Below are positions 1-9,523 of a stretch of DNA of 64,000 bases, one piece after another; the stretch's first letter is position 1; each line of letters opens with the position of its first letter. The stretch covers positions 64,001-128,000 of IMG/VR virus record IMGVR_UViG_3300027365_000009, one strand, 5' to 3'. Source of the stretch: a virus. The notes under the pieces were generated by a model. It made no database searches. It was not told the origin of the DNA and saw only the letters and a list, made by a program, of their open reading frames with translations. The position numbers and the translations under genes were made by a program.

Positions 1-928
1 AGGCAGAGTCTCCTTGAAGGGTATCCAAGAACTCTTGTTCCGTACCTGTGAATCCCTGCGCTACGGCTAATTCATAAATGCCCTGACCATCTTGTCCATG
101 GAGGCTGTTCAGCCAGTCATTTAATGTGCCGGTATACCCCTGCTCTACCGCATGGTCATACGCACTGGGTCCGGGTTCACCTTTCAGTGACTCCAGATAT
201 TCCTGCTCAGTCCCGGTAAAGCCCTGCTCTTGAGCAAGCGCATATGCCGATTTACCCTCCAGTGATGCCAGGTAGGTGGCGAGATCGCCCGTGAAGCCCT
301 CCTGAACGGCGAGATCGTAGGAAGAGGGGCCAGGGTCCCCCTGAGGGCCCGGCTGGCCCTCAGGGCCTTGTATGCCCTGTATACCGGCATCGCCTTGGGG
401 ACCCTCTGGCCCAATGGGACCCTCCGGGCCTTGAGGACCCTGGAGACCCATTTCGCCTTGAGGACCTTGGGGGCCCTCCGGGCCTGTGGGTCCCTGGGGT
501 CCGGGAGGACCCTGAATACCGCCTGCGTTTAACCAGCTCTCTCCTATCCAGACATGGAGTTCACCGTCGATCAAATACGCATCGCTTTGTGTTGCATCGG
601 TGGGCAACTCCGCGGTTGAAAGTAACTCCCCTTTCAGCACCACCACTGCTGCCGGATCGCCTTCGGGTCCTTGCGGTCCTACGGGCCCTGCAGGGCCTTC
701 TGGCCCCACCAGACTACTAAGCCATTCCGCTTCTGTTCCGGTAAAACCCTGTTCAATTGCCAGGTCATAGGCAGACTTACCGTCGGTACCCACCATGTCT
801 TTCAAGCGGTAACGGCGGTTTTGCCAGGGTTCGAAGGTGTCACTACGTTCAATGACCTCAATAAAGACATCGCGTCCTTGGATGTCGACTAACTCACTTA
901 GCTGGGAAATCTTTCTCGGTCCCGCCAT
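1..928 (-). CDS. Collagen-like/repeat tail fibre protein; runs off the left edge; absent from the ORF track
   Basis: ATG at 928 after AAGGAG RBS. Reads [17 protein letters not shown]..., then G-X-Y collagen run and SAYxxAxxxGFxGTxxEWLxSL repeats; open to position 1; paralogous to 1010..4903. Confidence 0.85.
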   Translation of the reverse strand, partial: MAGPRKISQLSELVDIQGRDVFIEVIERSDTFEPWQNRRYRLKDMVGTDGKSAYDLAIEQGFTGTEAEWLSSLVGPEGPAGPVGPQGPEGDPAAVVVLKGELLSTAELPTDATQSDAYLIDGELHVWIGESWLNAGGIQGPPGPQGPTGPEGPQGPQGEMGLQGPQGPEGPIGPEGPQGDAGIQGIQGPEGQPGPQGDPGPSSYDLAVQEGFTGDLATYLASLEGKSAYALAQEQGFTGTEQEYLESLKGEPGPSAYDHAVEQGYTGTLNDWLNSLHGQDGQGIYELAVAQGFTGTEQEFLDTLQGDSA

Positions 929-961
929 GGGATTCTCCTTTTACAAACTGGATACATCACA

Positions 962-999
962 ACATAACAGGGCGGGCGACATGGCCCGCCCTGTTATGT
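962..999. terminator. Long inverted repeat between the two fibre genes
   Basis: ACATAACAGGGCGGGC-gacatg-GCCCGCCCTGTTATGT, 16-bp stem. Confidence 0.6.
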
Positions 1000-1009
1000 G
1001 TTAGTGGGT

Positions 1010-4000
1010 TTAGACTGCTGGTGCAATGGTACCTTCGTCGTTGACCCAATCCCCTGCGGCTTCGTCGTAGTAGACGCCGAGTTGATCGAGCAGGAAGGTT
1101 TCCAGGGCTACTGGGGTGACCGCTTTATCGACCACAGTGGTATTGGGTTGCATGTCAGCTGTCGCATCAGCAAAGCCCAGCGGTACCCAAGTCCCATCAC
1201 CTTTCCGCACATACGTCAGAGTCGGGTCGGTATCGGGCACCTCCTCCACTTCGGCAGTCAGGATTGCCCAGGCACCGTCAATACGAACGTATTGCTGTCC
1301 ATCGACAGGGGCTTCTTCCACCTCAGCGGTTTGGACTTCCCAGAGACCATTCTTACGCACGTAAGCCTGATTGTCCTCTGGAGCCTCTTCCACTTCAGCG
1401 GTCAGCACTGCCCATTCGGCATTCAGACGCACATACTGTTGGCCGTCTTGAGGGGCCTCGTAGACGGTACCGCCACCCAGGTAACCCATCGCGGACCAAG
1501 TGGTATCAGAGACCTTCTGGAACCACTGGTTAGTGACTGAGTTGATGGCGAAGTCGCCGATGTCCCCAGTCACGGCGTCGGGGTCGTAATCCCGGGCGAT
1601 CCAGCGGTTACCGTTGAGGCTATCCAGCCAGTCGATCTCAGTACCCACATAGTCAGGGTACTGTTCGAGATAGACTTCATATGCTGACGGACCCCGAATA
1701 TCGCCCATGTCGAGCCAGCTGCCCGCACTGGCTACCCACAGGAAGATGTGATCACCCACCTGGTAGGCTTCACCCTGGAAACTCCCCGCCGTAGGCAGGT
1801 CGGCTTGAGATGCCAATTCGCCTTCGATGATGATACCCAAGGCATCGGCGCCCTGTGGACCTTGGAGGCTATCTAACCACTCCTGCTCGGTCCCAGTGAA
1901 GCCCGCATCGACAGCCACTTGGTAAGCGGACTTACCCTGGAAACCGATCAGGCTATCCAACCACTCCTGACGAGTCCCGACGAAGCCTTCATTAACCGCC
2001 ACTTCATACGCGGAGTAACCGCGCGGACCGACGAGCGTGTCGAGCCATTCTGCCTTGGTTCCGGAGAACCCTTCGGCTACAGCAATGGCGTAGGCACTAT
2101 CGCCTTGGGCACCCTTGATCGACTCGAGCCACTCGGCTTCAGTGCCCACGAACCCACCAGCAACCGCGATGTCGTAGTTGCTGTCACCCTTGTCACCTTT
2201 GAGGGAATCCAGGAACTCCTGTTCGGTGCCCACAAAACCATTATCGAGGGCCACGGCGTAGGCATCACCCCCCTTCAGGGAGTCCAACCATTCGGTTTCA
2301 GTACCTGAGAAGCCCTGCTCAACAGCCACCTCATACGCGGAGGGACCTTCCAGCGACTCAAGCCATTCGGCTTCGGTACCTGTGAAGCCACCAGATACCG
2401 CAGCATCATAGGCTGACGGACCCGTATCGCCTTGGATACCCTGATCGCCCTGCGGGCCTTTCACAGTGCCCAGGTTCTTCCACTGGTCGTTGACCCAAGC
2501 GTACAGGTCCTCACCCACTAGATAACCTTCACCAACGGTACCGGAGGTGGGAAGCTCACCAGTGGTTGCGACACTGTCCACGATATTCAGGCTCGGACCG
2601 GGGTCGCCCATGTCACCCTGCGGACCTTGAGGGCCTTGGGGACCGACCAGCGACTCCAACCACTCACCGGCCGTACCAGTGAAGCCGTTGGCTACAGCCA
2701 CCTGGTAAGCATCATCACCTACCAGTGATGCCAACCATTCACTGCGGGTTCCGGTGAAGCCATCAGCCACTGCGACGTCGAAGGCATCCCCACCCTTGAG
2801 GGATTCGAGCCACTGACCCACACTGCCCGAGAAGCCGTTTTCCACCGCCTGCTCGTAGGCAGACGCGCCGACCAGGCTATCCAGCCACTCTTGTTGAGTA
2901 CCCACGAAGCCTTGATCCAGTGCTACCTGGAAGGCGCTATCCCCGGCCAGCGGACCAGCATTGACCCACTCACCTGCCAGACGCAGATACAGGTCAGACC
3001 CTGCCACGTAGGCTTCGCCGTCTGCACTGTCAGTCGGGAGGTCAGCTTCCGTCGCCACCACACCGGTGATGTTCAGGCCAGTGCCCATCGGACCCGCCGG
3101 ACCTTGCGGGCCGACCAGGGTATCGAGCCACTCTTGCTCGGTACCACTGAACCCCGTGGAGAGAGCCACTTCATAGGCGGACTTGCCAACCAGGGTCTGG
3201 AGCCACTGAGTCTCAGTACCATTGAATCCCTGGTCTTGAGCGTGTTCAAAGGCCGACTTACCGGTAGCGCCTTGGAGGCTGTCCAGGAACTCTTGCTCCG
3301 TTCCCACGAAACCGTTCTGCACCGCTACGGAATAGACGGAGTCGCCCTCGAGGGTACTCAGCCAGTCGCTTTCCGTGCCCTGGAAGCCATTGTTAACGGC
3401 AACGTGATAGGCGCTGTCACCATCATCACCCTTGGGACCCTGAACCCCCTGGATGCCTTGCTCGCCCTGAGGACCGACAACAGGACCCACGTCCAGCCAC
3501 TGGGAGTCGTCCCAGACGTAAAGGTTCTCACCAATGAAGTAGGCATCGCCCGGGGCGTTACCTGATGCCGGAAGGTCGCCCACAGCGGCGACTTTGCCCA
3601 GGACCTTGATGGCCGCAGACGGTTCACCCTTGGGACCTTGAACCCCTTGGATACCCTGATCCCCCTGAGGACCAACGAGGCTATCGAGCCATTCGGCGCG
3701 GGTGCCGGTATAGCCATCAGCCACGGCCACTTCGTAGGCATCGCCCCCTTTCAGGGAGTTAATAAAATCCTGTTCGGTACCCACGAATCCGGTGGAGAGG
3801 GCGACCTGATAGGCGCTATCACCAATCAGGCTGTCGAGCCACTCACTCACGCTGCCAGCAAAGCCATTAGCCAGGGCCAGTTGGTAGGCGCTGTCACCTT
3901 CCAGGTCTGCCAGCCACTTCTGGACGGTGCCTTCATAGCCCTGCTCCACGGCCAGGACATAGGCCGACTTACCGTCCGGACCGGTCTGACCGACAGGCTC

Positions 4001-4903
4001 CCACTCAGTACCTTCCCATACGTACATCATGTAATCGATGATGTAAGCATCACCCGGGGCGTTGTTCTGCATCGGCAGGAATGCCGTGTCTTCAAAACTA
4101 CCCAGGATACGCAGGCCGTTACCGGTACGCCCTTGCAGGGAGGCGAGCCACTCTTCCTCGGTACCAATGAACCCATCAGCGACGGCGATTTCATACGCGG
4201 ACATCCCGCGCTCACCACCAAGGGTATCCAGCCACTCCTGACGGGTGCCGGTGAACCCTTCTTCCACGGCAATCTCGTAGGCGTTCTCGCCTTTGAGCGA
4301 TGCCAACCATTCTGTTTCGGTTCCGGTAAACCCGTCATCGACCGCCACCTCAAAGGCGCTCTTGCCGGTCTCTCCTACCAGGGAGTCCAGGAACTCCTGC
4401 TGGGTACCCACAAAACCTTCAGAGACCGCGAGGTCATACACGGACATCCCGGTCTCGCCCTGAGGACCAACCAGGGATGCCAGGAACTCAGCTTCAGTAC
4501 CCACAAAGCCGTTTTGTTGGGCGAGCTCATAGGCGGAATAACCACGGGGACCTTGGTCACCGGTATCACCTTTCACGCCCTGGATACCTTGGTCGCCTTG
4601 CGGTCCAATCAGGTGGTCAAGCCATTCCTGTTCGGTACCGGTGAATCCGTTTTCCACGGCCACGTTGTAGGCAGACCAGCCACGGGGGCCTTCAGGACCC
4701 ACAAGGGTGTCCAGCCACTCTTGGCGTGTGCCTTCAAAACCTTGATCGACAGCCACCTCATAGGCATCTTTACCGATCAGCTCGCGCACATAAGCGCTGA
4801 GGTTCTCAAATCCGCCACCAAACGAAGGACGGATAACTTCCAACATCTCAGTGCCGGATAAACCACCCGCCGCTTCTAATTGAGAAATCTTCCTGTTGGC
4901 CAC
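1010..4903 (-). CDS. Long tail fibre/whisker protein: ~25-aa repeats, collagen segments, knob domains, C-terminal tandem foldon-like repeats
   Basis: GTG start after GAGGAGG; dozens of G[KD]SAY[EQ]xAVxxGFxGTxxEWLxSLxG repeats; GPQGDQGIQG collagen; C-terminal EAPxDGQxYVRxxxxW repeats like the T4 fibritin foldon. Confidence 0.85.
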   Translation of the reverse strand: MANRKISQLEAAGGLSGTEMLEVIRPSFGGGFENLSAYVRELIGKDAYEVAVDQGFEGTRQEWLDTLVGPEGPRGWSAYNVAVENGFTGTEQEWLDHLIGPQGDQGIQGVKGDTGDQGPRGYSAYELAQQNGFVGTEAEFLASLVGPQGETGMSVYDLAVSEGFVGTQQEFLDSLVGETGKSAFEVAVDDGFTGTETEWLASLKGENAYEIAVEEGFTGTRQEWLDTLGGERGMSAYEIAVADGFIGTEEEWLASLQGRTGNGLRILGSFEDTAFLPMQNNAPGDAYIIDYMMYVWEGTEWEPVGQTGPDGKSAYVLAVEQGYEGTVQKWLADLEGDSAYQLALANGFAGSVSEWLDSLIGDSAYQVALSTGFVGTEQDFINSLKGGDAYEVAVADGYTGTRAEWLDSLVGPQGDQGIQGVQGPKGEPSAAIKVLGKVAAVGDLPASGNAPGDAYFIGENLYVWDDSQWLDVGPVVGPQGEQGIQGVQGPKGDDGDSAYHVAVNNGFQGTESDWLSTLEGDSVYSVAVQNGFVGTEQEFLDSLQGATGKSAFEHAQDQGFNGTETQWLQTLVGKSAYEVALSTGFSGTEQEWLDTLVGPQGPAGPMGTGLNITGVVATEADLPTDSADGEAYVAGSDLYLRLAGEWVNAGPLAGDSAFQVALDQGFVGTQQEWLDSLVGASAYEQAVENGFSGSVGQWLESLKGGDAFDVAVADGFTGTRSEWLASLVGDDAYQVAVANGFTGTAGEWLESLVGPQGPQGPQGDMGDPGPSLNIVDSVATTGELPTSGTVGEGYLVGEDLYAWVNDQWKNLGTVKGPQGDQGIQGDTGPSAYDAAVSGGFTGTEAEWLESLEGPSAYEVAVEQGFSGTETEWLDSLKGGDAYAVALDNGFVGTEQEFLDSLKGDKGDSNYDIAVAGGFVGTEAEWLESIKGAQGDSAYAIAVAEGFSGTKAEWLDTLVGPRGYSAYEVAVNEGFVGTRQEWLDSLIGFQGKSAYQVAVDAGFTGTEQEWLDSLQGPQGADALGIIIEGELASQADLPTAGSFQGEAYQVGDHIFLWVASAGSWLDMGDIRGPSAYEVYLEQYPDYVGTEIDWLDSLNGNRWIARDYDPDAVTGDIGDFAINSVTNQWFQKVSDTTWSAMGYLGGGTVYEAPQDGQQYVRLNAEWAVLTAEVEEAPEDNQAYVRKNGLWEVQTAEVEEAPVDGQQYVRIDGAWAILTAEVEEVPDTDPTLTYVRKGDGTWVPLGFADATADMQPNTTVVDKAVTPVALETFLLDQLGVYYDEAAGDWVNDEGTIAPAV

Positions 4904-4971
4904 AATAGCCTCCTCATTAACATTGACCCAACGTGAAGCTATGCCTCACCACGTCATATAATAGTTAATCT

Positions 4972-5826
4972 TTACGCAACCGACTGACTATATTTATCAA
5001 ACGCTCTGGCCAACCGGGTGTCATAGGGGGGATTATGCTTCGCGTAAGCGGGTCCATTGTAGATTCGTGCAAAACGGGCCCAGTTGCGTTCTTTCAGCGC
5101 TTCGTGTAATCGCTGGTCGGCCCGAATGAATTTCACAAAGGCCATCAAATGGTGGCGTTCGCTTTCTTTCATTAAGCCGACGAACTGATTAACACTTTGG
5201 TAACCTAATTGTTCCCAGTGAAAGCCCATGATTTGGAACAGTCCCCACGAGGCCGACTCGAGGCCACTTTCCTCATGGAGTTGGCATGCAGCGTTTAGCC
5301 GTTGGTGTTCCGCCACGCCCCCGCGATACCCACCGGTTTTGGTGTTGACGATGTTCGGGTATTGATCGACATATGGGCGGGGGTCAATTCCATGGTGCTT
5401 CATGCGCCGAAACATGATGTGTCGTTCATAGAGGATCGTCGGTTTGTCCTCAGTGAAAAACCCACTCCCCCGAGACTCGACGGCGTTGACAGCCATCACG
5501 GAAGCCACCGGGACATCCAACATGACCGCGGCATCTTGGATATCGTCTTGAGATAGGACTTTCGGATCTTTCGGATGGTTATCCAATCGCCATTGGGTTT
5601 TCGGGCCCACCCGACCATCCTGGACCAACCCAACGTCTTTTTGGAACTGACGGATAACCCGTTCGGTACCGGGACCAAACGCGCCGTCGATGGTGATGTC
5701 ATATCCCGCTTCTTTCAGCTGTCGTTGGATGGATTCAACCTGGTGGCCCGAATCTCCCCGCTCCAGCATGATGTCTTGTTCTGGGATAAAATCCACGTCA
5801 TCAAACCAGTGTTGTGTTTCGCTCAT
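4972..5826 (-). CDS. Modular endolysin: N-terminal peptidoglycan-binding domain + N-acetylmuramidase (DUF3380-type)
   Basis: DGAFGPGTERVIRQFQ..GLVQDGRVGPKT (PG_binding_1); AVNAVESRGSGF, ILYERHIM, SASWGLFQIMGFH, FARIYNGPAY motifs. Confidence 0.9.
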   Translation of the reverse strand: MSETQHWFDDVDFIPEQDIMLERGDSGHQVESIQRQLKEAGYDITIDGAFGPGTERVIRQFQKDVGLVQDGRVGPKTQWRLDNHPKDPKVLSQDDIQDAAVMLDVPVASVMAVNAVESRGSGFFTEDKPTILYERHIMFRRMKHHGIDPRPYVDQYPNIVNTKTGGYRGGVAEHQRLNAACQLHEESGLESASWGLFQIMGFHWEQLGYQSVNQFVGLMKESERHHLMAFVKFIRADQRLHEALKERNWARFARIYNGPAYAKHNPPYDTRLARAFDKYSQSVA

Positions 5827-5829
5827 CTA

Positions 5830-6045
5830 TTACCTCCGGCTGTCAAAACAGTGTTGTAACTTGGTTAAGGTCAGGGCATCGACTCGACCATGGTAAGGCA
5901 GGCGCAGATCGCGCTGGAAGGCCCTCACACCGCGAATCGTACGTTCATCAGGGGTACAGGCCATGGTGCCTTGAAAATAGCCCAGGCGACGTAACATGAA
6001 CTGGATATCGTAACACCGGGAGTGTAAGTAGTCAGTCGTCGCCAT
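5830..6045 (-). CDS. Stand-alone peptidoglycan-binding domain protein
   Basis: MATTDY...IQFMLRRLGY...RTIRGVRAFQRDLRLPYHGRVDALT matches the PG_binding_1 pattern; GGAG RBS before ATG 6045. Confidence 0.7.
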   Translation of the reverse strand: MATTDYLHSRCYDIQFMLRRLGYFQGTMACTPDERTIRGVRAFQRDLRLPYHGRVDALTLTKLQHCFDSRR

Positions 6046-6400
6046 GGAATGCTCTCCGATAGGCCCCATACGCTTCGACGGCACCAACCATTAAGGCACG
6101 CCGCCACCAGGTGACCCGCTGGGCTTTTAATGTTTGTCGGAAACGTAGATTGGCGACGCGCCAGCCTACGCCTTGTTTGAGTAGATAGTCATGTAGAATT
6201 GCCGCCGGTAAATACCGACACACGGGAGGAAACACGATCCACATCCAGCGTGGTGTGGTTGCGGCATCGGTTTCAAATCCCAAGGGGACTTGCGTGCCGT
6301 TAATTGACAAGGTCTCTTTTAACCGGTAGATAACCGGGTTCCACCACTTTTCAGGGAGGATGATATCGACCGGATAGGTTTGGCGTAGGGTTAAATCCAT
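6032..6400 (-). CDS. DUF1353-family protein
   Basis: VPLGFETDAATTPRWMW..FPP..YLPAAILHDYL motif typical of DUF1353. Confidence 0.8.
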   Translation of the reverse strand: MDLTLRQTYPVDIILPEKWWNPVIYRLKETLSINGTQVPLGFETDAATTPRWMWIVFPPVCRYLPAAILHDYLLKQGVGWRVANLRFRQTLKAQRVTWWRRALMVGAVEAYGAYRRAFHGDD

Positions 6401-6537
6401 TACCCCACCTCCATGCGATGAGGGCTCACGGCTTTTTGTTCGATAAAAAGCTCACGTGCTCCAGGTTAGTATGTTTGCGGATTACGTGCGTTCTGGATCA
6501 CAGGATTGGGTAACTTTACCCGGTAGACGACATAAAG

Positions 6538-6557
6538 GACCTCCCCATAGGGAGGTC
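6538..6557. terminator. CCTCCC/GGGAGG-family hairpin
   Basis: GACCTCCC-cata-GGGAGGTC, preceded by GACGACATAA. Confidence 0.55.
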
Positions 6558-6656
6558 ACTGGTACTCATTTTTACTTGTATTGCTCTGATGTCGACGAGC
6601 GCTAGCAAAGAACCCTACCAAGTACCGACGATCGTCGACGTCCGCTCAGCGGTCTG

Positions 6657-7544
6657 TTAGGCCACTAATTCCAAAGCCGGCCGCCACCCGAAGTTGGTAT
6701 GCGTACCCGCCGCAGTATTGCGAGAGAAGTACGACACACCAATGTAGCCACGAGTGACGCGATTGCCGGTATTATCCCCATTCGTTTCCTGACACCAGCT
6801 GTAGCTGCCGTTACCGTGAGTGTACTCCACTAGCAGGTCGGCATCGCTGTAGCTGGCCCAGCTCGCAAACGGGTCAGCGTTAGGGTCTGAGTGAGTGGTG
6901 GGATTGGAGGTATTGGTATGCTGACCCGAATGAATCGGGTAGAACAATCGGTTCCATTCTGAGCCGTCACCAATCGAGACGTCGAAACCATACCATACCC
7001 CGTCAGGGCCTTGTACGGTGGGGTCGGATCCAGCCCCGCGCAGTAAGCGCACACGGTAGTCAAAGCCATCCACGGTCACCACCGCGTCTTGCAGGCGGGC
7101 GGTACTTGAGGGATTACTGCCGTTGGTGTCGTCGCCGTACACCGCGCCCGCCTGGTAAATGTGTTCCCAACTCACGGAATGACGAAACGTCAGTTTGGGT
7201 ACTAAGATCACTTGGCCATTACTGGCAAACTTTAACCAGTCACTGGTGCTGTGTTGACTGGTGCCAGCACTGAGACCAATCGCGGACGCTAGCGCGTCAC
7301 CGCTGATGAAATCCGTGCTGGCCACTTCCCCATAAAAGCCCCAGGTGGTGTCCCCACCGATGATCGACTGAGGCCCATGGCCCACAGGCTCATAAGCCTG
7401 CTGGCCGACGATTTCAAACCCACCCAGCGTACTGCCGTCATGAATACGCAGTCCTTTGGTTTCGCTATCAAACGACAGCTCCCCGGCGGGTAGCGTCAAC
7501 CCATTGTTTTCAGTACGGTTACCACGTAAAAACCGTGTACGCAT
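6657..7544 (-). CDS. Mtd-like (major tropism determinant-like) virion/receptor-binding protein
   Basis: N-term FLRG...GELSFDSETKGLRIHDGSTLGG resembles the Mtd N-terminal domain; C-term SWCQE...RVTRG...FGWRPALEL resembles CLec-fold DGR target ends. Confidence 0.7.
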   Translation of the reverse strand: MRTRFLRGNRTENNGLTLPAGELSFDSETKGLRIHDGSTLGGFEIVGQQAYEPVGHGPQSIIGGDTTWGFYGEVASTDFISGDALASAIGLSAGTSQHSTSDWLKFASNGQVILVPKLTFRHSVSWEHIYQAGAVYGDDTNGSNPSSTARLQDAVVTVDGFDYRVRLLRGAGSDPTVQGPDGVWYGFDVSIGDGSEWNRLFYPIHSGQHTNTSNPTTHSDPNADPFASWASYSDADLLVEYTHGNGSYSWCQETNGDNTGNRVTRGYIGVSYFSRNTAAGTHTNFGWRPALELVA

Positions 7545-7550
7545 CTGGTA

Positions 7551-7991
7551 TTACTCCTCATCTATGCGGTGGGATTCCATCCGCTTCATAAAATCACTAG
7601 AGGTCTCAGAAATCACGCCGATTTCCTCTTCCCCATCCACCAGTTCATGTTCCCCTAACTTCTCGGGATTGGCCTCGGGTACCGGTACGTGTTCCACACT
7701 TCCATCGGGATTGCGTTCAAACGGGTTGCGGTTCTGTTGCATCAGCACCATTTCCCGCATGGCCTCTGCCACTTCTTTGGAGCTATCCGCGTTACGTTCA
7801 TCAATGTTGTTCTTGCGATCATTGATGGCAGTGGTATCCATGTCCTTTAAGGCTTTCAGGACAATTTCAATGTCTTTCGGGTCATTGGGGATGGTCTCCT
7901 TGATGAAGTTATCCACCACCCGTTTGCGGATGTTTTGAGAATACGCTAACGTCTCCTCATATGACAGCCGGTCTTGGGCGTTATCGCTCAT
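7551..7991 (-). CDS. Conserved jumbo-phage hypothetical protein
   Basis: 146-aa ORF with AGGAG RBS; position in the phiKZ-like conserved block. Confidence 0.7.
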   Translation of the reverse strand: MSDNAQDRLSYEETLAYSQNIRKRVVDNFIKETIPNDPKDIEIVLKALKDMDTTAINDRKNNIDERNADSSKEVAEAMREMVLMQQNRNPFERNPDGSVEHVPVPEANPEKLGEHELVDGEEEIGVISETSSDFMKRMESHRIDEE

Positions 7992-8051
7992 CCTGTCTCT
8001 CCTACTACCTAAATTTACCCACCACGTTGATGGTGTGATGAGTAGACGACG

Positions 8052-8069
8052 TTTGACATCTATATCATT
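8052..8069 (+). promoter_or_regulatory. Putative phage early promoter (CTATATCAT variant)
   Basis: TTTGACATCTATATCATT; matches a motif repeated 6 times in the window. Confidence 0.55.
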
Positions 8070-8132
8070 GCCACGATGCCCCTAAGACTGGGCGTTTGCT
8101 CCACTAACCCATTCCCATAAGGAGCCACCACC

Positions 8133-8645
8133 ATGTTCGGTCGTCATATGCGACTGCGCCGTTACCTGCGCCAATACGAGGCGTTATCACCCAGTGCCAC
8201 CGACAGTCAAAATGTCGCCACTCAGCTCGCCGCCTTTTGGAAGGGAGTTCGATTACGTGATGTGTTGTCCATGCCCAATGACGTTCGTGGCGTGGCCACG
8301 CTAACGGTATGGTTTCCCAATCTGGAACAGCTGGTCAAGGAGTTGAAGTTACACAACGATCTGATCGCCGAACAAGACGACGGTGGATTGGAGTCCCGTA
8401 ATCGGAAAACCATTCAAGAACGCACCACCGTGATCCTGGATTTCTACTTTGCGGATGCCAATCACTACCCTGTTGATGAAACCCACCTCTTAAGGCGCCT
8501 ACAAGGCCTCTTACAGGAGCATTCGTATTTAGTTGACCAGTATGAGGGGCATTACTACCAACGCCTCTCAGAGCGCTTCTACGACGATGTCATCGCCCTT
8601 ACCCAAACCCTACTCGACGCTAACCGACCCAAGGAGTCTCCGTAA
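8133..8645 (+). CDS. Hypothetical protein
   Basis: 170-aa ORF with AAGGAG RBS. Confidence 0.7.
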   Translation: MFGRHMRLRRYLRQYEALSPSATDSQNVATQLAAFWKGVRLRDVLSMPNDVRGVATLTVWFPNLEQLVKELKLHNDLIAEQDDGGLESRNRKTIQERTTVILDFYFADANHYPVDETHLLRRLQGLLQEHSYLVDQYEGHYYQRLSERFYDDVIALTQTLLDANRPKESP

Positions 8646-8736
8646 CGCCTTATCGCCTACCCCACTACCCTGTGGTGTCATCAGACACCGGGCCTTGCCC
8701 ATTGACCGTTGGTCAACCATTAGAGAGAATACGACG

Positions 8737-9504
8737 ATGTCTAAGACCGTAAAAGAGCTGCTGAGTGACCCTTTAAAGGGGACGAACCGCGCTCACGGGA
8801 TACTTTGCTATCTCTTCCGTCATGTCCTGCTGTGGCGAAAGGTGAATCAGTTCGCCTGGGACAAACGAGCGAAACTCTTCTTTGACAAGCCCCACAACAA
8901 GAACAACCAAGATAAAGGGAACTTGAATAAGGCATTAGTGCATGACGAGTTTACCTGGGCGACGTTTAAAGAAGCCATCGATTTTCTAAACCCAGTGTCA
9001 GCGACCCTGACAATTCAGCTGACCTGGAAAAGCGGACGGATATCACGCTACACTGTCGTGATCGATCCTGCCGAAGACGAGTCTGATCCTGAAGTCAATA
9101 CGTTTGACATGCAAGAAGGAGAAGGCAGTGATGTCTTTGCGAATAAGAAGAAGCCGACCAGTACCTTGGCTCGCCTTTTTCGTAAGATCGTCGCGGAAGA
9201 AGACATCAACGCCACACAGTGGGCGGCATTACTGGAAGCTTATGCGCGTAATCCTGTGAATGGGATTGCCCAGAACAGTCGGGAAATCAATCAAGCGATT
9301 TCCGGTCTCCAGCGCATGTTGCTCTCCCCCCGCATGTCATGGGGGACGTTCCGTAAGGGGCTTCTGGTCCTTGGGCCGAAACAAGAAGACTACATCCTTG
9401 AGATGCGGTGGTCCAAGAAACCCGGAGACGTCACCACCCATGTGGTCACCCTACGTGATCCGCTCACGATGGTACCCCCACCGCTGGAATCGGACTCCGA
9501 ATAA
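8737..9504 (+). CDS. phiKZ gp171-like protein with internal duplication
   Basis: Likely start MSKTVKELL at 8737; two copies of LxxLFRxxx...MxWxTFxxxxxxL; synteny. Confidence 0.65.
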   Translation: MSKTVKELLSDPLKGTNRAHGILCYLFRHVLLWRKVNQFAWDKRAKLFFDKPHNKNNQDKGNLNKALVHDEFTWATFKEAIDFLNPVSATLTIQLTWKSGRISRYTVVIDPAEDESDPEVNTFDMQEGEGSDVFANKKKPTSTLARLFRKIVAEEDINATQWAALLEAYARNPVNGIAQNSREINQAISGLQRMLLSPRMSWGTFRKGLLVLGPKQEDYILEMRWSKKPGDVTTHVVTLRDPLTMVPPPLESDSE

Positions 9505-9523
9505 TCAACACTAAGGAAACGGC

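Noticed and set aside
998-4861. Long + strand ORFs (e.g. 3638..4861, 2891..3565) opposite the fibre gene
   Set aside because: Antisense shadows of a repetitive, codon-biased gene; no RBS or recognisable motifs.
1010-4903. Periodic DNA repeats resembling a CRISPR array
   Set aside because: The repeats are degenerate at third codon positions and encode protein repeats; there is no constant repeat with unique spacers and no cas genes.
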